Shown: positions 39,604 to 51,379, counted from the stretch's first letter. The stretch: DNA of 64,000 bases from an uncultured virus (IMG/VR IMGVR_UViG_3300035071_000047) (IMGVR_UViG_3300035071_000047), one strand, 5' to 3'. Notes: generated by a model from the letters alone, not told the origin. Numbers and translations: made by a program.

Positions 39604-39869
39604 GATCGCTGGCGCCGATGACAAAAAGGGCGACGAAAGGTAGCCCGCTCGACGCCGACGGCGAGTGCTTACGATCGGGTGATCGCGTCGAGAGCACGTC
39701 GCAGTACGACGCAGACAGCGTCCACCACGGCGTCGTCATTCGAATCGAAGAGGCGTCGCTCGTCGTCGTCCGACACGACGCCAGCTGTTGCCCGAGACCG
39801 CCTCCGGCGTATCGAGAGATGCGCAGCGCGGCGTTCCTGTGGCGCATGGATCGCATATCTTGACGTTCG

Positions 39870-39912
39870 GAAAGATCGATCGTCTTCACGTCTGAGGCCG
39901 ATCGAATCTTTC
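39870..39912 (+). terminator. Intergenic hairpin, possible terminator or processing site
   Basis: GAAAGAT CGATCG...CGATCG A ATCTTTC inverted repeat right after a stop codon. Confidence 0.35.
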
Positions 39913-39974
39913 TGCTATACGCTCGTATTGCAAGCTGCTAGGCTTCCTTCCGGGAGACACGGGAGAACGCGGAC

Positions 39975-40460
39975 ATGAGCAAGACCAAGGAGCGCGGGCC
40001 CCTCGACGGGGAGCTCGTGCAGAGCGAAGATCCGCCCGGCAGGAAGCCGGAGTACCTCTACGGCGGGTTCGGGCCCGTCCAGGCCGAGCGCGTCCGCGTG
40101 GAGCGCGAGCGGGCGCGCCTGCACAAGCGGATGCTCAAGCTCCGCTCGTTCGAGCTGCCGAACCCGGCCCTCGTCGTAGGCTCGCTCGAGATGGCGATCG
40201 AGTACCTCGACAAGGCGACCGCCGAACTGAAGAAGATCCCGAAGGGGTGGAAGCCCGCGCGCGGCACGTTGGGGCTGACGCCGGTCGACGTCGGAACGAA
40301 GGTGGCGATCCGCCCGGGGTCCGTCGACCGCTACAAGGACGTCCTCGACGACCCCACGCAGGCCATGAAGGTGACGAAGGTCGCCGGCACGCGCGTCGTC
40401 TGTCGCGTGAAGGGGACGCTCATCATGATCCCGCGCGTGCACGTACGGGTCGTGCCGTGA
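39975..40460 (+). CDS. Hypothetical protein with possible C-terminal SH3/KOW-like domain
   Basis: VGTKVAIR...KVTKVAGTRVVC...IPRVHVR. Confidence 0.6.
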   Translation: MSKTKERGPLDGELVQSEDPPGRKPEYLYGGFGPVQAERVRVERERARLHKRMLKLRSFELPNPALVVGSLEMAIEYLDKATAELKKIPKGWKPARGTLGLTPVDVGTKVAIRPGSVDRYKDVLDDPTQAMKVTKVAGTRVVCRVKGTLIMIPRVHVRVVP

Positions 40461-41438
40461 CCCCGGCCACCGCTTCCGAGTTCCTGGCGACGGTGTGGCA
40501 GACTGCAGTATCCTCCCCCGCGGAGCGACTCGCGTTCGCGCGATGCCACGTCGAAATCGAAATCATCGACGAGACGCGCCGAATGCTCGTGGTAGATCCG
40601 GTGACTCGCATATGGTTCTCGCGCGAGATCCTGCCGCTCGTCGATTTCAGTCGCGTCGACGTGTACCCGGAGCGACTCGTCCGCGTCCGCTCGCCCGACC
40701 GGACCACCGCATACCTCTTTGGCCTGATATCGGAAGACGGGAAGAGTAGCATCAGGTCCCACGTCGACGATCCCGCCAGCGTCGCGATCACGATCGCCTC
40801 CACTACGCCGGACGTCAGCAAATTCCTACCGGAGTCGCCGCTGCGCCTGAAGCCTGGACACTTCTACCGCGCGCGCGACGGCGCGATCTGGTGCTGCTAC
40901 GGCGTGAACCCACGGGAGCCCGTCCACGCTCGCGCGCGCTGCGTCCTCGTCGCCAGCCACCGCCTCGAGTACTTCTACGAGGATGGCCGCTACGACCGCG
41001 AGGGGAAGCGCGAGCACACGCTCGTCGAGGAGGTCGCCGCGCCATGAGCGAGATCGACGACGAGCGCCGCGACGACCCGAACCCGGCGATGACACTGATC
41101 GTCGGACGACTCAATGAAGCTCTGGAGGACGCCGAGGACTGGTTCGCCGCGTACAACAAGACAGGCGTCCTCGTGAGAGTCGACCTCGATCCCGAGAACA
41201 AGGCGCGACTCCTGTTCGCCAAGCGTGGCAGTCGGTGGGGGTTCGTCGTCGAGGACGAGAGGGGCGGTCGCGTGGACCTCGTCCACAAAGGTAGCATCCG
41301 GCACAAGCTCCTCGCGTCAGAGAAACTGGAGGAACTGCGCCTCGCGATCGACGTGGCGGCCGACGAGCGTATGCGCGCGCTACAGGAGGCTACCGTCCGA
41401 ATTCAGACGTTTCTACGATCCCAAACTCAGGAGTCACC

Positions 41439-42035
41439 ATGACCGACGCAGACAAGACGACCACGGACGCCACCTTCAAGACCGTCGGCGAGGCGATGAA
41501 CGCCGACAACAACATCGTGAAGGACGTCGGCGCGGACGTCCGCGAGCGCAACCGCTGGGGCATGGTCCGCCAGGACACGCTCGCCGAGTGGGTCGAGACG
41601 GAGAAGGGGAAGAAGGTGTTGAACGCCTGGATCGCCAGGCACGTCGACCCGTCGGCCGACTTCGTCCCCACGGTCATGGAGGCCAGCGACAGCACGGTCG
41701 CGCGCGCGTTCTTCGACGCGAAGCCGTCGGCCGTCGTCCGTCGCCGCTGGGGCACCATCTCCGAGGAGCAGCTCGTCGCGGAGCTCACGAAGGCCGGCGA
41801 GGAGGGTCCGTTCGTCGTCCTCAGCAACCACCTGCGCCGCCACTTCAAGGCGTCGCCGACGGCGCTGTGCAAGGTCGAGGACGGCAGGTGCGCCGTCTTC
41901 CTCGGCAAGACGCCCGACTGGTACCGGCCGGAGAACCGCGCGCCGTACGAGCCGCCGGGAGACGACCCGTGGCAGAAAAACATGTTCGCCGTGTGGCTGG
42001 AGGACGGCGAGCCGACGAGCGAGCCGGAGCTGTAG
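41439..42035 (+). CDS. Hypothetical protein
   Basis: AGGAG RBS; strong GC3 codon bias. Confidence 0.7.
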   Translation: MTDADKTTTDATFKTVGEAMNADNNIVKDVGADVRERNRWGMVRQDTLAEWVETEKGKKVLNAWIARHVDPSADFVPTVMEASDSTVARAFFDAKPSAVVRRRWGTISEEQLVAELTKAGEEGPFVVLSNHLRRHFKASPTALCKVEDGRCAVFLGKTPDWYRPENRAPYEPPGDDPWQKNMFAVWLEDGEPTSEPEL

Positions 42036-43348
42036 GCCGTGGGACTCATCGGAGGAAAGAGGCGCTACGACCCGAACGACAGCGAGTACGTCGGTCGTCG
42101 TGGTGCGTGGTGGTCAGTCACGTGCAAGAGCGACCCGCGCTTCAACATGAGCGGCGACGCGTCCGGGACGTGGGACGCGATGATGAAGAGCGGCGCCGCG
42201 ATCGAGGCGAAGATCAAGGAGCTTGGTCTCGCCGAGTCGGAGATCCCGAAGGACATCGAGTACAGCGGGGGAAAGCCGTGAAGAAGCGGATCTATCGCAT
42301 CGTGGACGAGTCCGGGCACCAGCCGGCAGAGACGACGGAGGATCTCGGCGAGGCGAAGCGCATGCGCGATGCGATGGATCGCGTCCCGAAGAGCGGCCGG
42401 TGCGTCATCGGTGTCTACGCGCTGGTCGGCGAGATCGGGCCGCACGAGACGACGTCGACGAAGGGTGGTCACGCGAGGCAACCGAGATGAGCGTCGAAGA
42501 GCGGCAAGGTCCGTGTGACGGTTCGCACTCTGCCTGTTCGGTGTGCCGGACGATCCGATCGGAGGTCGATGCCGACATCATAGAGAAGATCGCTACATGG
42601 CTCGACGGGCTGGAGTCGTGTCTGGCGTACTTCGCACCAGTCGTGACCCGGCGGAGGTCTGCGCGTCCCTACGTGTCCCCTTCACGGAACGAGACGCCGG
42701 AAAGGAAGTGAGGCATGGGCCAGTGGGAGGACACGCCCGACGAGTGGACCGAGGAGATCGACGCCGCGTTCCCGACACGTAGCGGGTCGCATGAGGAGTA
42801 CGCGACGGCCCTGCGTATGGTTGGGAACCGCCACTCAAAGGGCGCGCTCGTCGCGCTCGTCAACTGGCTCCTCGTCCGATCGAAACAGCCTGTCCACAAC
42901 TGAGAAGGAGAAGCTGTAATGGCGGGTGCTAATCCGACGACAGCGCTCGGTTCGGGATACGTAGTGAAGGCTAACAGCCCAAGAGTACAAGTACGCAAAG
43001 CGCACGGCATCTGGCAGGTTCTCATCCACAAGAATGGCGAGACGTGGGCGGAGATTGTGGCGGAGCTTGCGACCGAGGGCATGGCTAGAACTGTCCGACG
43101 TCACATTCTAGTGTCCCCCGACGGAACGACGCGCCGGAGAAGGGGTGAGTGATGGCAGGTTTGAACGGCGCGTTCCACAAGCACCTCGACGTGTGCCGCA
43201 GGTGTGCCGATCACCCGTTCAACCTTTGCCCGATCGGCGCGAAGGCACTGGAGCAAGAGGCAAAGGAGGCGATGGCGTCGTTTGGCGGTCTCGTGGATCT
43301 GTCCACAATTCGTCAAGACGGACGTGGAAAACGATAAGGACGGTGGTC

Positions 43349-45688
43349 GTGGGCGAAGCTCGTCGAAAGCGCAGGCTGCTCGAGAAGGCCAACGGAAAGT
43401 TGGACGCGACGCGCGGCGCCTTGGCCGAATCAGAAGTCAAGGCCGTGGAGGCCAAGCGCAACCTCGACGAGGCCCAGCGTGGGCTCGATCAAAACAGAGC
43501 GGAGATCGACCGGATCACGCGACATCTCCAGCGAGAGATCGACGACCTGTGCGACCGCATCGGTCCCACCGTCCTACCGAAGGACGACGACGCCGTCGCA
43601 AAATTCTTCGTCGAGAACGACGTCGAGACGATGGACGCGGAGACGAGAGATCTCCGCCTTGCCGCCACCATCGTTCCGCTCATCGAGCGTCAGACGGACA
43701 CCTGCCGCGAGGTGGCCGCGTTCCTAGACACGCTCGACAGTGAGTTCGTGCAGGTCGAGGACCCGCTCAAGCTTCGTCTCACCGCGGAGATCGTCGCCAT
43801 CGTCTACGCCCGGCGCCTGATGACGACGTCGGCGGAGACGGAGGGTCGGTTCGTCCCGTTCAAGGAGATGGATTTCGCCAAGCACATGACGCCGAAGAGC
43901 ACGGTGCGCCACGCGAAGAAGGCGCTCGAGGCGTTTCTTCGGGCGCACGAGGTCGGACTGTCCGGGCCGGCGCTCAAAGCCAAACAGAAGCTCGACAAGG
44001 TCGACCCGCGCGTCCGGCTCCAGATCGAGAAGAACCTAGACGCAGACGGCAAGACGCGGCGCGATTTTGAGCTGACGCGCGACAACGTCATGCCCGCCTT
44101 CGAGACTCTCTACCCGGAGGTGCTGAGACACAACCGCACGGCGGCGTTCTCGAAGCTCTTCGAGCTCATCCACGCCGACCTGCTCACTGCGTCTTCGTTC
44201 GCCGGGCGCGAGCTGGCCGTCGACGTGATGGCGTACATCCTGGCCGAGCGGTTCGTTCAAGACGGGATCGTCAACGCGTTTGAGGAGACGGAACGAGGGT
44301 CACACCTGTTCGCGTCGAAGGACGGTACGAAGATCAAGTTCAACGATACAGACCCGCCGCTCACTGGGACAGCGCGTGAGGCGATGCTGGCATTCAACGA
44401 GCTATCGTACGAAGACCAGATCGAATTTATCAAAAAGGCAAAAAACCATAGTAGCGAGAATGCGCCCGCAGCGTTCGCCATGGTTGGTGACCATGAAAGT
44501 ATCCAAGATGCGTTCGATTTCGCATACGGAACTATCCTCGGTGAAATGTCCGATGAGGGCATCGCCAAAATAGCGACCCTCATGTTCGTGGAGGAGGCGC
44601 TCCTGCGGAAGCAGCGATCGGCGACGGAGGACCGCGAACGACACTCCGTGAGTGCCAACGGTGGGATCAGCTTCGGAAATCTCGACAAGAAGCCCACTCC
44701 GTTCCTCGACCACGCCCAGCTCTGGAGCGACCAAGAGCTGACTCGCGTCGGTCTCTCCCTCTGGACCAACACGTACAGGTTAGGCGCGTGCGACCAGGAG
44801 GTATTCGTCGCCGCGCGTGAGGTCGCCAAGGCGTGGGGTAAGGAGGCGCGGGAGCGTGGGGTGAAGGTCAACGGGTCGCGCGAGAACGTCGTCGAGGCCG
44901 TCGTCGGGTGGTCGGCGAAGTGGGCGGTCCACGCGTTCCAGCGCATCGCGACGTCACACACCTACGCGGCCGCCCTCATGTGCTCCGACGCGGACCGGTC
45001 GATCCTCGACGACCTCGAGATGCAGTGGCACGCCTTCATGGTCCTGGTGCCCGACGGGATCCTCGCGTACGAGGACGACCGCGGCGTCACCGTCGCGTAC
45101 GGCCGCGTCCTCGTCGCCTCGTACGACGGAGCCGCCTCGTTCGTCCTGCTCAACCAAGACGGCGGCCCGTCGAGCCACCGCATCTTCGTCCAGATCGCCG
45201 AGAACCTCGCCGACCTGCTCGAGATCAAGGAGGTCGAGCCGATCGAGGCGTTCGAGACGTCCGACGCGGAGCTCGCCGCGACCGAGCGTGCGCGGGCGCA
45301 GGTGCAGCGGATCATCGTCATGGCCAAGCGCCTCGTCGCAGGGCTCCTGCTCGCGCTCCAGAACCAGGACAACTTCAAGTCCAAGACCTACCCCGCGCGC
45401 GAGAACAAGAAGCCGCGTGAGCGCGAGGAGCCGACCCACCGCGTCGTCTTCGTCGGCTCGCCGCTCAAGATCGACTGCCGAAAGTCGGTCGCCGACTACA
45501 TCCGCAACGGGTCGCCGAAGAAGAAGGGTATGCCGCCGCAGGTCCAGGTCCTCGTTCGCGGGCACTACAAGCGGCAGGTCGTCGGCGTCGGGCGAAAGGG
45601 ACGGAAGGTGATCTTCATCCAGCCGTTCTGGCGCGGGCCCGAGGACGCGCCGATCCTCACGAGACCCAAGAAACTGGACGCGAACTAG
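43349..45688 (+). CDS. Large multidomain phage protein with C-terminal RGH motif
   Basis: MGEARRK start after AAGGA; coiled-coil N-terminus; C-terminus VRGHYKRQVVGVGRKGRKVIFIQPFWRGPEDAP. Confidence 0.75.
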   Translation: MGEARRKRRLLEKANGKLDATRGALAESEVKAVEAKRNLDEAQRGLDQNRAEIDRITRHLQREIDDLCDRIGPTVLPKDDDAVAKFFVENDVETMDAETRDLRLAATIVPLIERQTDTCREVAAFLDTLDSEFVQVEDPLKLRLTAEIVAIVYARRLMTTSAETEGRFVPFKEMDFAKHMTPKSTVRHAKKALEAFLRAHEVGLSGPALKAKQKLDKVDPRVRLQIEKNLDADGKTRRDFELTRDNVMPAFETLYPEVLRHNRTAAFSKLFELIHADLLTASSFAGRELAVDVMAYILAERFVQDGIVNAFEETERGSHLFASKDGTKIKFNDTDPPLTGTAREAMLAFNELSYEDQIEFIKKAKNHSSENAPAAFAMVGDHESIQDAFDFAYGTILGEMSDEGIAKIATLMFVEEALLRKQRSATEDRERHSVSANGGISFGNLDKKPTPFLDHAQLWSDQELTRVGLSLWTNTYRLGACDQEVFVAAREVAKAWGKEARERGVKVNGSRENVVEAVVGWSAKWAVHAFQRIATSHTYAAALMCSDADRSILDDLEMQWHAFMVLVPDGILAYEDDRGVTVAYGRVLVASYDGAASFVLLNQDGGPSSHRIFVQIAENLADLLEIKEVEPIEAFETSDAELAATERARAQVQRIIVMAKRLVAGLLLALQNQDNFKSKTYPARENKKPREREEPTHRVVFVGSPLKIDCRKSVADYIRNGSPKKKGMPPQVQVLVRGHYKRQVVGVGRKGRKVIFIQPFWRGPEDAPILTRPKKLDAN

Positions 45689-45758
45689 CCGTGCGAGCCA
45701 ACCATAGATCAACGCTTCCTAGCCGCGGTAGGATGCTCCGCTACCCAAGGAGCGAACC

Positions 45759-46166
45759 ATGTCATCCACGCTGAAGATCGCGTCCATCAAAAAGATCACG
45801 GCCGAGGAGGAGAAGGAGGCGTACACCGACCTCGCGCGCGCAAATTTCGAGGCCGTGTACCTGAACCTCAAGGCGCAGGGCCAGGCGTCGCCCATCGCGG
45901 CCCAAGCGAACGACCTCCTCCTGCGCGAGCTGCTCATCTTCGCCGCGGACACGGCCGCGGACGAGGGGTCCACGGAGGACCAGTTCTTGGACACGCTGAC
46001 CGAGGCGTTCGAGATCGCCAACCAGGACGACGACGAGACGGACGACGGTGAGGTGACGGACCCCGTCGCCAACATCACCAACCTGTCCGCCGTGAAGTCG
46101 CCACGCGTTCCTGGCGGACTGCCGACGGGGGAGGTGGCGACGGCCGACAACGACGAGACGGACTGA
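45759..46166 (+). CDS. Acidic hypothetical protein
   Basis: AAGGAG RBS; D/E-rich C-half. Confidence 0.7.
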   Translation: MSSTLKIASIKKITAEEEKEAYTDLARANFEAVYLNLKAQGQASPIAAQANDLLLRELLIFAADTAADEGSTEDQFLDTLTEAFEIANQDDDETDDGEVTDPVANITNLSAVKSPRVPGGLPTGEVATADNDETD

Positions 46167-47092
46167 ACACGAGGCTCTGAAGGCTCTGGGGAGAGCCGGA
46201 AACGAGGGAGACGATGATAACGATCGCGGCCATGGGCCAATGCGAGTCATGCCAAGCCGAGCGACCGATGAAGCTGCTCGTTCAGAGCTTGGGTCGGAGT
46301 GAACGACATTGCATCATTCCATTACTCTACACTTACCCGGTCCTCCCAGACGGGTGGGCCATGTCCAGCGTCCACAACCCGCGTCTCACGTGCGCCGAAT
46401 GCGCCTCCGGCGAGTGGGGACTCTGGAGCTCACAAGGCGGAGGAGGGTGGGAGAGAGATTACAATGATGCCGGCGAACCAGTCCCGCGACGCTTCGCTTC
46501 CGCGGTAGTGGCACGTCGTTTCGCGGACGCCTACCGGCCTTCACACGAAGCGCGGAAGCTCACGGCAACACCGTTGGCAAAATGAGCCCCGAGACGCTCT
46601 ACGCGCTCACGCGAGCCATGCTCGCCCAGGCCAACATCCGCATGTACGACGGGTGGCGCGTCTGCGACCCGACCTCCTCGGGACCCATCCTCGCCGCCGT
46701 CCGCGACCACGCGAAGTTCTACCGCGTCGGCGACATCGACATGTGCAATTTTTGGTCGAGAGACAAACCACTGCTGACGATCCTGTCGACCGATTTCGGG
46801 ATCGTCCGTGCCTACCGATCCAATGAACTCGACACCATCCTCGACGCCATCAAACGAACGAACGTCCACGGCGAGGTCTGTACGCTCGTTCCTGCGCCGT
46901 GGGTGTGGCCCAACGTTGCGCACCTGCCACAGCAGCCCGACATCTTCTACGCCAGAAAACTAGCCTCTGCGTGGCTCGTCTTCGGGCCAGGGCGCGGCGA
47001 TCGACGCGGTGTACTGGAGGTGATGTCATGACGTTCAAACCGTGGGCGATGAAGATCGCGGGCGTCAAACCTGTCAAACAAAAGGATCTGTC

Positions 47093-47896
47093 GTGACTGC
47101 CCGACCCTTCGTCAAGACCGTCGGAGGCAAGCGGAAGCTCGTCCCCGCCATCCGCGAGCTCGTGCCGCCCTCGTTCAACTGCTACTTCGAGCCGTTCGTC
47201 GGTGGTGGCGCCCTCTTCTTCGACCTGCTCCCGGAGCGCGCCACCCTCGTCGACCTGAACCTGAAGCTGATCGTCGTCTACCGCGAGCTGCGAGATCATC
47301 CAGAAGCGGTCATCGCGCACCTGCGGACGCTCGAGAATACACGCGAGTGTTTTGACCGAATCCGCGCGCGAAACTTCGACAGGGGGACACTCTCGGAGCG
47401 TGCGGCCGAGTACATCTTCTGCAACAAGGTCGGATTCAATGGGCTGTACCGCGAGAACCGGAGCGGCCAGTTCAACACGCCGTTCGGACGGTACGACAAT
47501 CCGACGATCTGCGACGAGGAGAACCTGCGCGCCGTCTCCGCGGCGCTCCAAGGCGTCTTCCTCTGGAGCGTCGACTTCCACGGCGTCGAGCAGCACGTGC
47601 ACGAGGACGACCTCGTCTACTTCGACCCGCCGTACGCGCCCGTATCGAAGACGAGTAACTTCGTCGGATACACGCGGTTCAGCTTCACCGACGAGGACCA
47701 GAAGAACCTCCGCGACCTCGCGCTTCGACTCAAGCGCGACCGCGGCGCGCACGTCATCCTGTCGAACAGCTGTGCGCCGATCATTCGGGAGCTGTACGCG
47801 GGTCCAGACTGGACCGTGCGCGAGGTCTCCGCCGCGCGGTCGATCAACAGTGACGCGGAGAAGCGCGGGGCCGTGACCGAGCTGCTCATCACGTGA
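47093..47896 (+). CDS. Dam/D12-class N6-adenine DNA methyltransferase
   Basis: GGKRKL...YFEPFVGGGALFF, FNGLYREN..GQFNTPFG, VYFDPPY, ILSNS, ELLI. Confidence 0.93.
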   Translation: MTARPFVKTVGGKRKLVPAIRELVPPSFNCYFEPFVGGGALFFDLLPERATLVDLNLKLIVVYRELRDHPEAVIAHLRTLENTRECFDRIRARNFDRGTLSERAAEYIFCNKVGFNGLYRENRSGQFNTPFGRYDNPTICDEENLRAVSAALQGVFLWSVDFHGVEQHVHEDDLVYFDPPYAPVSKTSNFVGYTRFSFTDEDQKNLRDLALRLKRDRGAHVILSNSCAPIIRELYAGPDWTVREVSAARSINSDAEKRGAVTELLIT

Positions 47897-48073
47897 GGAG
47901 TGAGGGAGTAGAAGATATATGAGCGACGCGAAGCAGCACGTATTCGTCCATCGCGGCCCGATGCGCACTCCACTAGAGCTATGTCTCACGTGCGGTCACA
48001 TTTTTGCCAACACCAGGTACCACGACGGTCGCACGAAGAGGGAGGCTCCGCGCGCGACGCGCAAGAAGGTACG

Positions 48074-50305
48074 ATGACCAAGAAATCCCCGATCGTCCTC
48101 GTCGGCCACGTCTCCGCCGAGCAACTCAACGACCCGCATCCGGAGGACCCGGCGGTCGGCAAGTGGTACTGGCTCCGTCTGAAAGACGGTGAGCACCTGG
48201 CGTGCGTCGTCCGCGTCGGATCGAACTTCCTGGAGATGAGGACGGTGAACGAGAGCGCTCGCCGCGTGCACGTCGACAAGTTCTTCAAGAACTGCCGCCA
48301 CGAGCCCAACCCAGAGGCGGTCATCGACCGCGAGGTGAGAGGGTACGACGCGCACATCCGCGCCCTGATGGAGGAGATCCGGTCGGTCACCATGCGGCTC
48401 GGCGTCGGCGAGTCGGCGGCCCTCCCCGGTCGTGGTGAGCCGAGCGAGACGCGGGCGCTCGCCGTCATCGGCCGATCAGAGCCGATCGACGGCTACAAGA
48501 AGGCGCTCGTCAAGGCGAAGAAGGAGACGCTCCCGGAGCTGTTCAAGAAGGTCGAGCGCGCGCACGAGGGGCTCGCCACGTGGATGACGGCGCGCCTCAT
48601 CCCCATGAAGGCGCAGTCCGGGTCACTCGAGGAGAGCATCGAGAAGATTGAGAATCGCATCTTCAGCGTCGAGCTGTACGCCGGCTTGAGCGAGAAGGTC
48701 AAGCAGGTCAAGGACGGCGAACCGGCCGCCATGACGGAGCCCGTCCACCTCATGCAGCGCCGCGCGTACATGGATGAAGAGTGTCTCGCCCAGTACGAGG
48801 TGGGCGGGATGGACTTCAGAGATCTGGATCAGTTCGACCGTTGGTTGATGCGACCGAGCAACCTGGACAGGCTGCTACCGCACCCGAGATGCGTCGTCGC
48901 GTTCCGCGTCCGCGGGGAGCGCAAGGCGCGCGAGTACGACGAGGACGAGTACGGCGGGATCTTCGAGTACGTCCACTTCGTCCTCCAGATGGAGGAGGCG
49001 GACAAGCTGACGTTCCTATACATCCGCAACGGCGACCAGCTCTTTCGACTGAGCACCAAGATCGAGTTCGGTCCCAAGCTGTTCCCCGACGTCAACCGGC
49101 AGCTGCTCAACGCGGGGCGCAAGCTGTGGGCGAAGGACGACCGCGACGGCTGGAAAGTGCTCACAGAGGACGAGTACCTCGCGATCAAGGAAGAGGAAGA
49201 GACTCGAATCGCGGAGGACCAGAAGAAGTACGACGAGTGGAAAGAGCGCGTCGCCGAGATGACGCCTGCCCAGAGGAGAGAGGAGTCGCACTTCGGTCCG
49301 CACGTCCACACGTGGTGGGATCGCGACAAATACCACCCGTACAACCAGGACAGCGTCTACTACGACGACATCACCAAGGCGATCCGGGCGGAGCTGGAAC
49401 AGCACAATCGACTCGTGCTCGTCCTGCAGGGCCTACTTGATCGGTCGCCCGTCCTGCACCCTCACCCGCCGTGGTCGCTCTGGAACGCCGACAGCTTCGC
49501 CCAAGCCCTCGTCCTGCACTACGACGACGACCGGGCGCTCACGACCGGCGCTGCGCCCGACTTCGCCGCATACCGAGACCGCCTCAACGCGTCGATCGGG
49601 CCCGGGTCGATCACGGTCGGTCAGCAGGCGATCTGGCGAGCCATAGAGAGAGAGAAAGAGCGGGAGTCGGAGCGCAGTCGGCGCATGCGTCGCAGTCGCG
49701 GGGAAGGACCCGGCAAACTGGCTCACGTCGTCGCGGTGTCGCACCGGTCCAAGGCCATCACGTACAAGTGGACGCGCAAGCGGCAGAAGTGGGGGATGGA
49801 CGACGACAGCGATTCTCGGGAGATCGGCTGCGCGTTCACGACGAAGATCCGCAACGTCCTCAACGTGAGCGCGTACAAGCCTGGCGACTTCAAGACGTTC
49901 TTTGCGGACCCGCGCACGCGTGCGGACTATCTCCAGTGGGCGCCGCTCCTCCTGGAAGCCGAAGAGTACCACGCGGGCAACCGCGAGGTGACCGCGTGCA
50001 GGGTTGCCCCGCCGAGACAGAAGACGGAGGAGGGTGCGCGCGCGTACGCGAGGCGTAAGAAACTCAAGGCACTCGTCGGCGTCGCCGTGAAGCTCGTCCG
50101 CGACGTCACGATGCGGAGCGGCCACGTCTACAAGAAGGGGACCCTCTGGCGCGTGGATCGTATCGAACGAGGAGAGCTCGTCATCTACGGCATCAAGCCG
50201 AACGGCGAGCGAGACGTCGAGGACCGACACATCTACCGAATCTCCGAGTACAGCTTCGAGCGCGTCGACGGGATACCGAACGAGAAAGAGGAGAACGAGT
50301 CATGA
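48074..50305 (+). CDS. Large hypothetical phage protein (about 743 aa)
   Basis: Long ORF with strong codon bias (RIFSVELYAGL, QRRAYMDEEC, FLYIRNG, LQGLLDRSPVLHPHP). Confidence 0.8.
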   Translation: MTKKSPIVLVGHVSAEQLNDPHPEDPAVGKWYWLRLKDGEHLACVVRVGSNFLEMRTVNESARRVHVDKFFKNCRHEPNPEAVIDREVRGYDAHIRALMEEIRSVTMRLGVGESAALPGRGEPSETRALAVIGRSEPIDGYKKALVKAKKETLPELFKKVERAHEGLATWMTARLIPMKAQSGSLEESIEKIENRIFSVELYAGLSEKVKQVKDGEPAAMTEPVHLMQRRAYMDEECLAQYEVGGMDFRDLDQFDRWLMRPSNLDRLLPHPRCVVAFRVRGERKAREYDEDEYGGIFEYVHFVLQMEEADKLTFLYIRNGDQLFRLSTKIEFGPKLFPDVNRQLLNAGRKLWAKDDRDGWKVLTEDEYLAIKEEEETRIAEDQKKYDEWKERVAEMTPAQRREESHFGPHVHTWWDRDKYHPYNQDSVYYDDITKAIRAELEQHNRLVLVLQGLLDRSPVLHPHPPWSLWNADSFAQALVLHYDDDRALTTGAAPDFAAYRDRLNASIGPGSITVGQQAIWRAIEREKERESERSRRMRRSRGEGPGKLAHVVAVSHRSKAITYKWTRKRQKWGMDDDSDSREIGCAFTTKIRNVLNVSAYKPGDFKTFFADPRTRADYLQWAPLLLEAEEYHAGNREVTACRVAPPRQKTEEGARAYARRKKLKALVGVAVKLVRDVTMRSGHVYKKGTLWRVDRIERGELVIYGIKPNGERDVEDRHIYRISEYSFERVDGIPNEKEENES

Positions 50306-50745
50306 GCAACGACAAAGAGACGTCCACGTCCACCATCATCCTGATGATCCTAGGAGTCGTCGGACTCCTAGGCGTCCTGACTTTCGCCGGGTGCTGGGCG
50401 GGTCCGCAGTGGGGCGTCTACGAGCAGCGTCTCGCCGGAGAGGCCGAGCTGCAGAAGGCCGAGTTCAGCAAGCGCGTCGCCGTCCAGGAGGCACAGGCAA
50501 AGAAGGACTCCGCGGTCCTGCTCGCCGAAGCCGAGGTCTCGCGCGCGGAGGGCGTCGCCCGCGCCAACAAGATCATCGGCGACAGCCTCAAGGGGAACGA
50601 GGCGTACCTGCGATACCTATGGATCCACTCCATGGAGGACACGAAGAACCAGGTGATCTACGTCCCGACGGAGACCAACCTGCCGATCCTGGAGGCCACG
50701 CGGAACACGCCCCCAGCGCCGCCGCCGGTCACCGACAAGAAGTAA
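50302..50745 (+). CDS. Small SPFH/HflK-related membrane protein
   Basis: TM helix, GEAEL..AE, RAEGVARANKIIGDSLKGNEAYLRYLWI, VIYVPTETNLPILEA. Confidence 0.75.
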   Translation: MSNDKETSTSTIILMILGVVGLLGVLTFAGCWAGPQWGVYEQRLAGEAELQKAEFSKRVAVQEAQAKKDSAVLLAEAEVSRAEGVARANKIIGDSLKGNEAYLRYLWIHSMEDTKNQVIYVPTETNLPILEATRNTPPAPPPVTDKK

Positions 50746-51100
50746 CGATGGCCGTCCTCGAGATAGCGATCCTGTCGGCCACCGTGATCGTGCTCGGGTC
50801 GCTCAAGCTGGCCGACGCGATCAACAAGCGCGAGATGGAAGATAACGGTGAGCCAAAGCCACTTAAGTCGTCGGACGTGTACCCGTTTCAGAGAATCATC
50901 ATCGGTCTACCGTGCGTCAAATGCGGCGCGGAGAGCAAGTCCGGTGTACCGGATTCGACGGGTAGCAGATGGAAGGTACGGCCTGCGGGGCCGAGTGCCC
51001 CCGTCAAGTGCCCGGACCCGATCTCGTGTCGAGCCAAGCAGGAGCACTTTCACGTGACATGTGACACGTGCGGCCTCACGTGGTTCATGTCGACCAAGTC

Positions 51101-51379
51101 ATGATCCGCCACCGCACCAAGGCGCTCGCGCTCGACGCCGTCTTCCTGGTCCTCTTCGGTCACTACCTTCTCGACCCGAACGAGACAGTCGGGTGGCGCG
51201 TCGTCGACGCCACGCTCTTCACGTTCTCCGTCTTCGGCCTGGTGCAGTCCGCGAACGACGCGCGGGCGAACGACGCGGTGCCGGAGAAGGAGCGTCGTCG
51301 GGTGGAGCTCCTCCTGATGATCTTACTCGGCGCGCAGGCGCTCAAGATCTGCTTGTGGCTCGCGACGGTGGTACGCTGA
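51101..51379 (+). CDS. Small protein with three predicted TM helices (holin-like candidate)
   Basis: Three hydrophobic segments; directly upstream of a muralytic gene. Confidence 0.45.
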   Translation: MIRHRTKALALDAVFLVLFGHYLLDPNETVGWRVVDATLFTFSVFGLVQSANDARANDAVPEKERRRVELLLMILLGAQALKICLWLATVVR

